The position numbers were made by a program, and so were the translations under genes. Under the pieces are notes generated by a model, which ran no database searches, had not been told where the DNA came from, and saw nothing but the letters and a program-made list of their open reading frames with translations. A DNA stretch of 61,574 nt, the filler included, from Choristocarpus tenellus KU-1152 (Eukaryota; Protista; Phaeophyceae): NCBI GenBank assembly GCA_964200185.2. It is 13 parts of 13 records of this genome, joined end to end, with 100 filler letters (N's around TTAATTAATTAA, not from the genome) between each part and the next. Parts side by side here need not be neighbours in the genome. Positions count along the whole stretch, not along the records: positions 50,526 to 55,075 come from CAXNAD020014039.1; positions 55,176 to 57,878 come from CAXNAD020025497.1; positions 57,979 to 61,574 come from CAXNAD020019050.1; 10 more parts are not named here. One strand, given 5' to 3'. This document shows positions 50,526 to 61,574 of the stretch, in pieces (positions within the stretch are counted from its first letter, which is position 1; every line of letters begins with the position of its first letter).

Positions 50526-51955
50526 CTCCCCCCCTCCGCCCCCCTCCTTCCTCCCCCACAGACTCTGAGGGATTGCTGCCCTTAATTGGTCGTTCTTCCA
50601 CTACCTCAGACGCCTCCTGCGACTCCTGGGCTGCTGCTACACTGGCAGCATGTTGACTTTCCTGATCCCCCCACGCAGTCTCAGCTAAGGCCGGATTGGA
50701 CTCTAGCACAAGCATGGGACCGCGCTTGTTGGCAGTGAGGACCCACCCAAACTCCTTCCCGTGGTAAGCCACCCTAACCCACAAGTCAGATGACTACCAT
50801 AGCATGCAAAGAAGTCACAAAGAAAGGAAAGGGATGAGTGTGAGTGTGAGAGTGAGTGAAGACATAAAGTATTTCATCGTAGAAGGCAACTTCAAGAGTT
50901 TTTTCCGTCCCTCACTCACCTCCAACACCTTAACAATAGAACCGGTCTCCAGCGCACCCATGTCCATGGAGCACGAGTCCGCCTCCTCTCGGATCTTCAG
51001 GGGACTGCAGTCCAGAACAAAAATAAATCAAAAAAACAAACAAACGGTGAAAAAAAAGAAAAGAAGACATTTGAAAAAAAAAATGAGATTCAGAACAAAA
51101 ACAACCCAAAAAACGAAAATTAAAAATGTATACATTCAAAAAGTAAGAATCGCGACAAAAAAAAGCTAATAAAATTATGTAGGAAGTCAAAAAGGGCTGA
51201 CTGACATACACACTACTACAGACAGTAGCTACACAGGCAGGCTTACGAGCTCGAACCCCACCATGTAACCCACACAAAAAAACCCCGACATGAACAACAT
51301 CATTCACAGATGCAAGGAGGGTCAAAGGAACTGAGAGGGGGATGTGTCTTGATCTCAAGTTTTAAACGTATTTTTTCAAAAAAATATATATATTTTAAAT
51401 AAGATGAAGAATACATACATTTTTTTACAAGGACATCGATAATAATAACTTGCTTCTAACAACCAAACATACCCACAAAAACAGAAAAAAAATAAGTATA
51501 TAAAAAAAATACAGCACTCATTGAGTATATTCCAAAAACAGGGTTACCAGACAGTCAGATGAACCCTTTAAGTCTCGGTGGTGCCCCCCCACCCCCCTCC
51601 CCTCAATTACTTTGACTCAGATATCAAAAACACAACCAAAGTAGGAGGGTGGGATGGGGAAGCAGAATGTTGGAACCCACTAGGGTGCCAAACCAGGTTT
51701 TTCAGTCAACATTCAACATTCATAATGATAGGCATGGGAATGGGAATCAACCAAGACAGATCCGGGATGAATTCTTCCATGTATATGTCCAGTTCTATCA
51801 ACCCTGACCCTAACCTCAAACCATCAAAACACAGTACTTAACTGCATTCCAACACTACTTTATTTTTCTTTAACTGCTTTTCTCAAACATTGTGTATTGT
51901 CTTCTTCTTTAGATTACCTTCTCCACAGGTCTGGGATCTCCCACAGTAATATGAA

Positions 51956-51991
<36 letters not shown>

Positions 51992-53735
51992 TGTAATGGC
52001 CATGTAGACAAAGTAACCTACAAAGCACACACATACACATACATTCAACACATCATACTCCAACAACAACCTCACCACAACAACACATATTAATAACACT
52101 ACAAACCCTTACTTACCCCTTAGCCACCATAAAGCTACCCACTCCCACTCCCCCATCGCTGCCAACACCTCCACCTTCTCCACCTCCATACAGGGGTCGT
52201 TCTTCAGCCTCCTGCATGCCACTCCCAGGCATTCCTTGCCCACCTCCCCCCACATCCGAGCTGCTGCTCCCTTTGATAGGTCGATCTTGTTCCTCCTCAG
52301 CTCCTTCTGCTTCCTTAACTTCCGCTGCGGCAGCAGCAACAGCGTACAACGCCTCCTGCTCCTCCCACAAAACCCTCCCGTTCTCAGAGTCATTGTCAGG
52401 AAACAGCATGGGGCCACGCTTGTTGGCAGTGAGGACCCACCCATCATCCCTCCCATGATAAGACACCCTCACCCACAGATCAGACGACTTTTTAAACACA
52501 CAGTACCAAGAGGAAAACAATTTAAATAAAAAATAAAAAATAAAATAATAAACAAGTAAAAATAACGGTGAGAAGGAAGCGGACAGGGGGGAGGGAAGGG
52601 AAAGACCCAACCAACAGCCATCATCAGACTAATAATATTTGCTGCAAAACGTTATTCACGATTGCGTCTATGATGCACCTGCAATAACCGCATGCCAGTT
52701 ATTGATTGCTTCATGCCAGTTATTGATTGCTTCACTGTCCTTGCTACAAGCACTAACAAGCAGCGACCACAGCGTAAGAAAGCAGTAGCGGGAGCATATC
52801 CGATAGTCCCCAATGGCAGGATAATCAGCTCAAGCTCATGCGGGGGGGGGGGGGATATGGCAAGATATTTTGTGTGGGTAACGACAACACAATACTATTT
52901 CAAAAACAAAAAAATACTACTGCTCTCTCCCACTCAATCACACTCCACCACACCCCACCATTGTGCCCGATAAAACCAACTGTGATGCGACCTCAAGATT
53001 GACATATGATACATACAATACATACGATACATATGATACATACGATACATATGATACATACGATACATACGATACATATGATACATATGATACATATGAT
53101 ACATATGATACATACGATACATATGATACATACGATACATTCGAAATAACAAACTGCTGCGACGTGCTCATTCAATTCCTTGTTCCGTTAAGTCATTACC
53201 CCTTGTACAGAGACCTTTACTGGATGGTGCCCAGCAAAAATCGGAATGCAGGATAAATCACAAAGTATTCTATGAGAGGTAGTTGAGGCGTTATCAATCG
53301 GACACAACAAAAAAGAAAAAATAACACAAAAAAAACAATTGGAGTGCTTGGTGGTTGCGACTGAACAGCAACCAATGGGTGCCATTTGAAATCTCCAACT
53401 GACACTTTTTTACACATTGGTTGGAACAATAAATGAGGTGGAAGACTACACAACATCGCCATATTTAAAAAAACTGTGTAGTTCGATTGATGGTATCTCT
53501 CTCTCCGGTTGATCATAAATCAAGCATGAAGCGATAGACTCTAACAAATTTGGACAGGGGGAATTAACTTGGAAAAAGCATCTCAGATTCATTTATGCTC
53601 ACTCAGATTCTATCTCAAAAACTTAACTAAAACTTGGTACCAATAGTAACACACAGACAAGCAACCTCTTCCACAAGATTCTGTTGTTGTTTTTTTATAA
53701 ACTCACAAAAAAAACACAGACGACAAAATCTCTCT

Positions 53736-53779
<44 letters not shown>

Positions 53780-54569
53780 AGACATGTACCAGATCACATC
53801 TTATAGCACAGAAAAAAAACTAAAAATGTATACAGTAGTACGAACTTACATAACACACTAGACTCTGCCATAGATGTAATTTGAACAGTAAGCAGAAACA
53901 CCTGACAAAATAGCTGCAAGGGAAGATATACTCCACGGCCAAAAAAACCAGAAGAGATGGACACCACAATAGTCCAAACACAAAGGCCCACCTCAAGAAC
54001 CTTCACCACAGCTCCCCGCTCGAGCATCCCAAGTTCCAAGGAAAAAGAGTCGGCCTCCTCCCGAATCTTCAAAGGTCTGCAAGTACAACAAGGAGAAGAA
54101 AAAAAAAAAAAAACACCGAAATAAAGGATAGCTAAAAAAAACAAAAAGAGGGAGAGACCGTGATCTGCATGCATCCTGAGTATACCATCAATCAAACACA
54201 AATACTTCTCAACTCCCCTCACTCCCCTTCCCCCCCTCCCCCCCTCCCCCGCTTTCCCCTTTCCTCCGAAGACACAGAAACTGACATATACACCCAAGGT
54301 GTAAGCAACACCAACAAGGGCCTAACAATGGAAGGTGTTTGAGTTTTCATAGTACTTAAAGGACTTCTTCCTAAGGCGGCAGCTCCCCCCCCACAAACAT
54401 CGTGTCAGCAGCATTCAAGAAATGACTACTACTGCGTGGTATTATGTATGGAACAAGAGACATAAAAAAAGGAATCATATCAACCAATTGAAACAACCGA
54501 AACATCATACCCGTTGGTACGATGCCTTTACCCCATAAACTGAGAAAAGAACAATACAACCAGCAAACA

Positions 54570-54604
<35 letters not shown>

Positions 54605-54974
54605 ACCCTCCTGAAGTCATGTACGGTGCCAGAGTCGCCCCAGAGCCTCCTGTAACCACTGCCCCTGACCCTGAAGTCGACCCTGGCGCAGTAACAGCCG
54701 CAGACCCCTGACTATCCCCCTGTGCCTGCTTTTGCTTAGATACATCCACTTTAGCCCCATTAAGAGGCCTATCTTCTTCATCACCCCCTTCAGTGCCCTT
54801 CCCAGCCTCCAATTTCGCCACCTCAGCGGCAGCTATCGCCTGCTGGGCCTCGAACTCCGACCTTGCGCTCTTGCTGTCACTGAGGGGCAGAAGTATTGGA
54901 CCACGCTTGTTGGCTGTCAGCAGCCAGCCATGTTCTCTCCCATTGTAGGAAACTCTCACCCACATACCAGATGA
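50526..54974 (-). CDS. Internal part of a gene for a tandem SH3b/SH3_3-like repeat protein; exons 54607-54974, 53992-54076, 52117-52487, 50920-51004, <50526-50793
   Basis: All four introns are GT-AG and join in frame (phases 2,0,2,0). Repeat unit GPLKIREEADSxSxxxGxLExGxxVKVLE|SSDLWVRVxYHGxxxGWVLTANKRGPML matches the SH3b pattern (LxIR...G.L..G..V.VL....W..V....GWV). Confidence 0.88.
53003..53140 (+). repeat. 9-bp intronic minisatellite (GATACATAY)n, about 15 copies
   Basis: Read directly; explains the YDT/VSY/MYR repeat ORFs. Confidence 0.97.
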
Positions 54975-55471
54975 CTAAGGTGGGGAGGGAGGAGTCAGGC
55001 GGTACGGGGGAGGGGATGTGAGAGGTGGGGATGCCAATAACAGACAGCACCATGAGAATGAACTAGAAAAAATAGNNNNNNNNNNNNNNNNNNNNNNNNN
55101 NNNNNNNNNNNNNNNNNNNTTAATTAATTAANNNNNNNNNNNNNNNNNNNNNNNNNNNNNNNNNNNNNNNNNNNNAACAAATTATCAATGAAACGGCAGG
55201 GGCTTGGGGGGGGGGGGGGGGAAAAGGGAGGGGGGCCAGGGGGGGGGGGGGGGGGGGGAGGGAACGAATGGGGAATCGCTGTTTTCCGTGACGAGACCTC
55301 GGAGGAAGCAGCAAGGGATCCGGCTCACCCCCCCAAAATATCATCCCTCAGTTTATTTGAAGACAGAGGGAACGATGGGGGTCCAAAAAAAAATTGACAT
55401 TATAGGTGAAAGGGGGGGCTGGGGGGAATGTACAGTACCAAAATTGTTTCAGCACAAGTAGAGCTCTGAAG

Positions 55472-55522
<51 letters not shown>

Positions 55523-56972
55523 CAAAACAAACAAAAACAAAAAAAAAAAAAAAAACACAAAAAAACACAAAAAANNNNNNNNNNACAAGTAGAGCTCTGA
55601 AGCCCCCCCCCCCCCTCCCCCCCCGGCCAGGATGAGATGCACTCAGATAGGGAAACAGATATAAAATCAATTTGATTGCCATAAAAAAAACTATATAGAA
55701 TATATTTATACTGTATACAAAGTATTCCTGTTTGCCTAGATTTCTCCAATGTACAAACAATCCTTGCAGACCCACACACACATATATATGTATATATACA
55801 CACATATATGTATACATATATACACATATATTGGTGAAGGAAGCGCATAATGCCATGTGTCAAATATCGAAACGCTGTCATTACTGAGTGCCTTGTATCC
55901 ATGGATTGGTAGGGACCACTTGAGCTCTTCGCTTCCAAATCAAGTCTAAATGAACCCTAACCCTAACCCTCATTCCCTGAAACAGGACTCAACACACAAA
56001 AAAAAATCAACTCCACTACACAGATGCAACCACGCCCCAACACATACAGAAAAAATAACAAAATGAAATTTAAAAACAAAATAAATAAATAACATAATAC
56101 CATGTTTTTTCCAAGGTATTAGTGCCACATCACAGTAGAACTTTTAGTCCACTTCCTCTCCTCAACATCTCCTACAACAGTTGGTGGCAAAGGGTATGAA
56201 TGCACAAGATCTTATCAGACCTTCACTTTTTTTTGGTGGAGGTCTTGCAAAAAAACATTTTGAGGTACACCCTAAAATATCAGAGATATCCGAACTAATC
56301 CACCCATATTCTACACCAACCACTGCAAAGCCGCAAGAAACGCCTTCCTGATACAGAATTTCCCTCCCCACAAACTGATTGAACTAATGCCAAACAGAGG
56401 AAGTAGTACCTAAACCAGATTTTTTTTTAAATGCATCTCAATAATGCTATACTACAGCCTTCATATGCTCGTTCCTACGACAAAGAACACACTCCAAAAC
56501 TTTCAATTTAATTTTTTTTTTTAATCAAGGCCCGTTCCTGTCCTGCTCCTGCTAAAATACTGGAAAATAAATAAATAAATTTTAAAAAACAAAAAATCCG
56601 AATCTTCAGAGCGCACCACGCACCACCACTCTTATGCTCTCCACACCTAAGATCCTAAATTCGTAGGTACGTGAACTAGACACTAGAAAGGTCATGCTCA
56701 AGGTAAAAAGACAGATCCCGACATACCACTACACACCCGCATCAAGCGGCCTCCCAAGGCGTGGAACCCTCCCTGCTTTTTTTTTTGTTCTTTTCCTATC
56801 TACTGAACTGAAGCCAAGCACGTGCGTAAATAACACGCTCGCTCGCAGAAAAAGAAAATACTGCTCCCCGCATGCGTCTGGACGTACCGTACGTACACGC
56901 ACGCACGCACGCACGAGCATAAAGCTCAACGATGACCTAAACATAATAACTGTGAAAGAGGGCCGATCTCAC

Positions 56973-57410
56973 GCAACCAACACCTTAACTCCACACCTCG
57001 TTCCTCCACTGCCTCCACCGCAGTTGCCGCCTTCCACTCTACCTCCAACGCCTCCACGAACAGCTTCTCTCCTAAATCCCTGCAAAATTTTCTTGCAACC
57101 GTTCCCATCGGTTCCATCCAATAGCTGGCACAGGTCAAGGCCCTGGCCACCGGCATCACCCCAGAGCCTACGGTCTTGCTGGTGCTGCTGGCCCCCGATG
57201 CCCCCTCCTTGCCTGCTACTAGGAAGGATATTCAGCGACTGTTCTTCCTGGAGGGAAGCAGTAGCAGCAGCAGCAGCAGCAGCAGCAGCATCTGTAGGCA
57301 AGCATACGAGTTTTCCAAAGTCCTGCGGGTTTCCAGCATCTTGGAAGGCTGATGAAGCGAGCTCGCCCTTCCTTATTGCAACAACTGTTCTGTCTCGGGT
57401 ATGTCGTGAC
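56973..57410 (-). CDS. Probable internal exon of an uncharacterised low-complexity protein
   Basis: TTCAG acceptor, open frame SRHTRDRTVVAIRKGELASSAFQDAGNPQDFGKLVCLPTD(A)n...GVKVLV, GC|GTGAGA donor; GC-rich island in AT-rich flanks. Confidence 0.5.
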
Positions 57411-58127
57411 CTGAAGTTTAGACCAATTGCGGGTTAGTTAGCATTCCCAGGATTGAAGGGAGCTAACCCTAACCCTAAGCAGCAAATACCGCAGAGAATT
57501 AAAAAAAATCACATCAGAATGTGTGCCAGACATCACACGAGAAAAAAAAGAAGAAGAAATGGTAGTAGCAAGGAGCATCACTGATTGGTTGACGCTATTG
57601 TATCTCGAACAACGAACTTATCTCACACTGCAGTATTTTTACAGATTGCAAGACCGGACCTGGGTTGACCGACACCCCTACTGCAGTCACGAACTACCTC
57701 AACTCAACAAACTGCCCACTCACCAAGCCCATGCGCAAACAGATCAACCTGCCCCTCTCCCCCCTCCCAAGAAAACAATCCTCATCTACCCTCTCCCTCG
57801 CCTCTTCATCCTTCCACCCACCCACCAGTGTTGACACACAGTGCTGTCCTCAAAAACTTGCCCATACAGAGTACTGCCNNNNNNNNNNNNNNNNNNNNNN
57901 NNNNNNNNNNNNNNNNNNNNNNTTAATTAATTAANNNNNNNNNNNNNNNNNNNNNNNNNNNNNNNNNNNNNNNNNNNNCCAACGCACCCACCCCCTGTGG
58001 CAACACAAAGCAGTGGACAACACCACCACCAAACAAAAAACAAATATCCCCCCCCCCCCCCAAAAAAAAAAGAAAAAGAAAAAAAAGCCCTCAACCCCCA
58101 TTTAAATCTGCAAGTCATCTCACTCAC

Positions 58128-60515
58128 CTCTCCTCAACCTCCTTGGCCATTCGCACTGCCTCTTCCGGCAGCGGACGCCTTCCAAGCTGACGCACCTCGT
58201 CCCCCAGCTTTCGGTTCTGATCTTCCAGAGCCTTGACCTTGGAGGCCAGCGACGCCGCCGCGGTCCTCTCCCGCCTGAGCTCCGCCAGCTCCAATTTCAT
58301 CGCCTCCAGCTCGTCTGCCACCACCGCCACCTTCTTGACCTCCTTGACAACCTCCGGCAAGACTGCAGGTTCGGACTCCGCAGGCACCTTAGCCTCGACC
58401 TTAGCCTTTGGGGGAGCACGCAGCCGCTTCCGGGGTAGCTTCGGAGGTTCTGGGACGCGATCCAACCGGCTGTTCTTGTCGGAAGCACGAAGGGCCACTG
58501 TCATAACAGGGATGGTGGCCAGAATGAGCAGGGCGCTGTTTTCGTCTACTCCAGGAGGGATCAGCACATCGACTGGCCTGAGCAGGGTGCGACGGACCTC
58601 CTTGAACATTGCCTCGTATTCTGGAGAGAGGGTTACGCCTGGGGCGAACGCTGGGTTACCATCCTTGGTCATGTCAACCACGAGCTTCTGCACCTTCCTG
58701 TGCATTACCCCGACCAGTAAGTTGGTCCCCAGTTGCAATGCACAGAGCAAATTTGGGAGGGCAGGTGGGGGGGGGAGGGGAAGTAGGGGATTGGAGGGAG
58801 AGAAAGGTTGGCAGGTTGATCCAGGAAAGACGAGGATAAGAGGCGTATGCGTGTGATTTTTTCCTTTGTATTTTCAGAGAGTGGGAACCATCAACCATAG
58901 AAGTACCTATGCAGATGTCTATGGTTTGTACTCTGTATCTTCTACTGGTACACATATCCGGAAAATAACTGTAAGAGTGTCACCGGTTTCAGACTTGAAA
59001 AAGTAGCAGTTCCCAACAGGGAGATTGGGGGATTTTATTACAGCTCATGCTTCAGTCAAGCATGATACAACCCAAGGGGGGCACAAATACAGGTGGCACA
59101 AAGAGCAGGGGCAGGCTTTCCGAGTGTGTTTTGTCCTGGTAGAGCTGTACAAAAGGGACAATAACAACAGCGTATGATGGCACACCGATACAAAAGAAAA
59201 TGAGATGATCGCTTCAATCAACATACTCTCAATGGTAATCTGTGACAAGGACAAGGGGTTGGCTCCTGATCTCCCTGTCATCCAAACTCCATTGATGACA
59301 CTGCCCTTGGGAAATAAGTCTCTCAATGAACCAAAGCAAACGTGATGAATACACACTCCGGTCTTGTAATGCTAGGATCAGCGAACACTGAGCATGTTTA
59401 AATTCCCGACGTGCATACACACATCGGCATTGCAGTAACATTCTCAAGACCGCGCAAGTTCAGATTGTTCAGATTTCCGTACTGCCAAGGGCACAGGTGA
59501 CAGATAGTCTTTGCGGGCAATACAGTAGGCACCACTATCGTACAAGGTATAAATAACCTACTATGAAACACCATATTCGATAAGTGTTAGAGGCAAGCAT
59601 CAAGACCAATCTGTCTCGCAAAACGTTGAACTTCATCGGGGAATGCCTTGAGAAAGTTGACTGCGATAACTCCTTGTGTATTCTTTCCCCAGCCCACCAA
59701 GATCTGTGTGGTGGTCACCCGATCCCTCACCTATTGTAGTCTTCTTGCTTTGGAACCACCCCACGGAAATTCTCAGCCAGTCTAGCAAACGGTCCTGGTG
59801 CTGTGAGGTCGGGCGCGTTCAGCGCCTGTACAAGACGCTGGGGAAGCATGCCCCTTAACCACTCAGCCGTCCCAACCTTCTCTTGGACCCGTCGGAATGA
59901 AGGCTTAAAACTCGGAACCTTCAGTGCTTCCTCTGGGAATGTGATCGGCGCTACCGTGGGGACATCAGGGAATTGGACCTCTGGTAATGTGACGGAGAAG
60001 GTGAGGGTCTTCATTTGAATCGAGGGGGGCATTATAGCGCCATTTACGGGGTTATTGGCTGTCCGAGGTTCGGGAATAGGTTCCGGTGTCAGCTTCCCCA
60101 CTGGCTGACTCAGAACATCACGATTAGGCCCCGATGTCGCGGTCTTTTCAGACGAACTTGGACTAAGGAGCTTTGCCTCCAGTGAAGCAAACTTTTCGTT
60201 TATAAACTCTCCTGTCACAGGGGTTGTCGGGCTTGTCACAGTAGAAACCGGATCCGCAATCGAAGGCTGCCCACTTCCACCAAGAAGTGCCACAGACAGT
60301 AGCAGCGCGGCCACGTCATTCTTTCTCGGCATCACCGACACATCTGCCTCATGTGTACCCTCGGGTCCACCTCTAGACGACATGGTCACCGTCCTCCCTG
60401 GCCTACCACCTACTCTTAGCCCTGAACCCAGAAGAAAAGAAGTAGTGTTCGAAAGATACAAGGATAGGCATGCGCCCACATAGCTCAGTCGGCGCCTCAT
60501 CTTCCTGTCATACAC
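58128..60515 (-). CDS. First two exons (59731-60515, 58128-58697) of a nucleus-encoded plastid protein, probably thylakoid, with a coiled-coil C-terminal part
   Basis: AG|GTGAGG donor and CACAG|G acceptor join as DYNR-KVQK. Signal peptide ending TTS-F, Arg/Ser/Gly-rich transit-like stretch, second hydrophobic signal VAALLLSVALLGGSGQPSIA-D; later TM-like SALLILATIPVMTVAL. Confidence 0.8.
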
Positions 60516-60880
60516 CTGGCCAAGAAACGACTATATGCGGTCAACAAATCGCCAAACCCCAGCAACTCCGCCTTGAGCCAACGAGAGCACCAGGATTTGC
60601 ACGTAGCAGCGAGTTGCACGCCCGCAGGCGACCACTTGCTCCTCTTGGGGAGCAGAGCTCCGCTCAGGTCAACCCGACACGCCAAGAGGTGGGAATTGGA
60701 ATGCGATGGGTTGTTGGAGAGGATGTACATGTGGCTACGTAGGGTTAGGGTTGTGTTCTGACTACCACGTACATATACGTATGTATGTATAACTTTGAAT
60801 ATTATTGATATGTTTTCCACCAAAGTTGTAGTAGACTACAATCAGTAACACTCTCAACGACTTGCACTGCTACAACCTCG

Positions 60881-61423
60881 ATGTCTGAGGGCGAGAGTGT
60901 GGGCCGGCGCCGATTGGGGGACGCAGGAACCCAGTTGAAACTGCTTGCAGGCAGTGTGACAGCCCAAGTAAGCGATAGACCGTAAAGAGTGACCGCGAAG
61001 TGTTTTCAGTTTTACTGATCGCTCAAAGAAGGTAACAAAATTTTGAACTATCGACTGAGTTCAAATGTGCAAGTGTACCACAAGGGGGGTTTGGGAGAAA
61101 GCTTTCGCGCCTCTTTTATCAATGCTGGTGATGCGAGGGTAGTCAGAGCGGGTGGATGGCCCTCGTCTGAAGATGAGTGAAAATCTAGAGATATCTCTAG
61201 GGTTGGCGTCCTTTCCGTTAATTGTCCGCCTCATTTCACCTCCCCGACAGTCCACTCAAGTTGATCGACTGTACCAGAAAGTGGAGGAGCTTTGCGAAAA
61301 GGTTGAAGCGTTTGCCCAGAGGATAGACGTTCAAGATAAGCTTCACAACCATAACGATGCCGATGATCACCACCACCCTTCACCCATTAGCACCCGCGGG
61401 GAAAAGAGGAGGTCTTCCAGCAG
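60881..61423 (+). CDS. First exons (60881-60967, 61251-61423) of a divergently transcribed gene with a short coiled coil
   Basis: MSEGESVGRRRLGDAGTQLKLLAGSVTAQ|GTAAG ... CAG|STQVDRLYQKVEELCEKVEAFAQRIDVQ joins in phase 0; CAG|GTATGC donor. Confidence 0.6.
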
Positions 61424-61574
61424 GTATGCGACAAATGGAGCTTACCAAGCTCAGCAATGGTGTCGTTCATCAAAATTTCCGATTGATTTACGTCTGTCTC
61501 TCGGGCTCTACCGTACAGCGGCCAGGATGCCTAGGGCAAAGGGCCTGGACTGGGGCCCGTAGAGGCTACAATAT

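Noticed and set aside
52934-53256. ORFs with YDT, VSY, MYR or CII repeats
   Set aside because: Translations of a 9-bp intronic minisatellite inside the SH3b-like gene.
55450-55625. Duplicated ACAAGTAGAGCTCTGAAG + poly-C around a 10-N gap, and poly-Gly/Pro ORFs
   Set aside because: Likely assembly artefact at homopolymer runs.
4291-57978. Regularly recurring TTAATTAATTAA palindromes and ORFs ending in X...LIN
   Set aside because: Artificial scaffold linkers; cross-spacer gene neighbourhoods are not biological.
58233-58856. 207-aa plus-strand ORF; likewise 56694-57437
   Set aside because: Antisense shadows of GC-rich minus-strand exons that have proper splice sites.

Overview
Eukaryotic draft-assembly sequence, not a prokaryotic locus. 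The window is 13 short contigs (1-4290, 4391-8356, 8457-18954, 19055-24650, 24751-27498, 27599-33506, 33607-36456, 36557-41188, 41289-46967, 47068-50425, 50526-55075, 55176-57878, 57979-61574). They are joined by artificial 100-bp N44-TTAATTAATTAA-N44 spacers, so adjacency across spacers means nothing. Long GT-AG introns, interstitial TTAGGG repeats and a signal peptide + Phe + transit peptide presequence suggest a photosynthetic stramenopile, probably a brown alga or close relative (inference). Host gene fragments I could splice by hand with consistent phases: a tandem YciI-like protein, a tandem SH3b-like protein built from a duplicated two-exon cassette, and a putative thylakoid-lumen-targeted protein lying head-to-head with a small coiled-coil gene. 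Less complete fragments: a sulfotransferase N-terminus, an IQ-motif protein and a leishmanolysin-like M8 peptidase. Most of the rest is decayed transposable elements: ten copies of a ~260-bp MITE (GAGT...ACTC ends, 3-bp TSD), four plant-type mariner-like elements from three families, Ty3/gypsy and Ty1/copia relics, REL-endonuclease (CRE-like) non-LTR relics and a non-coding LTR-like element. The strongest leads are a spliced, decayed AlkB-like 2OG-Fe(II) dioxygenase within a ~7-kb relic multi-exon locus, the SH3b exon-cassette array, and a CpG-decay signature across the repeats. All domain calls come from motif recognition by eye and need HMM confirmation.
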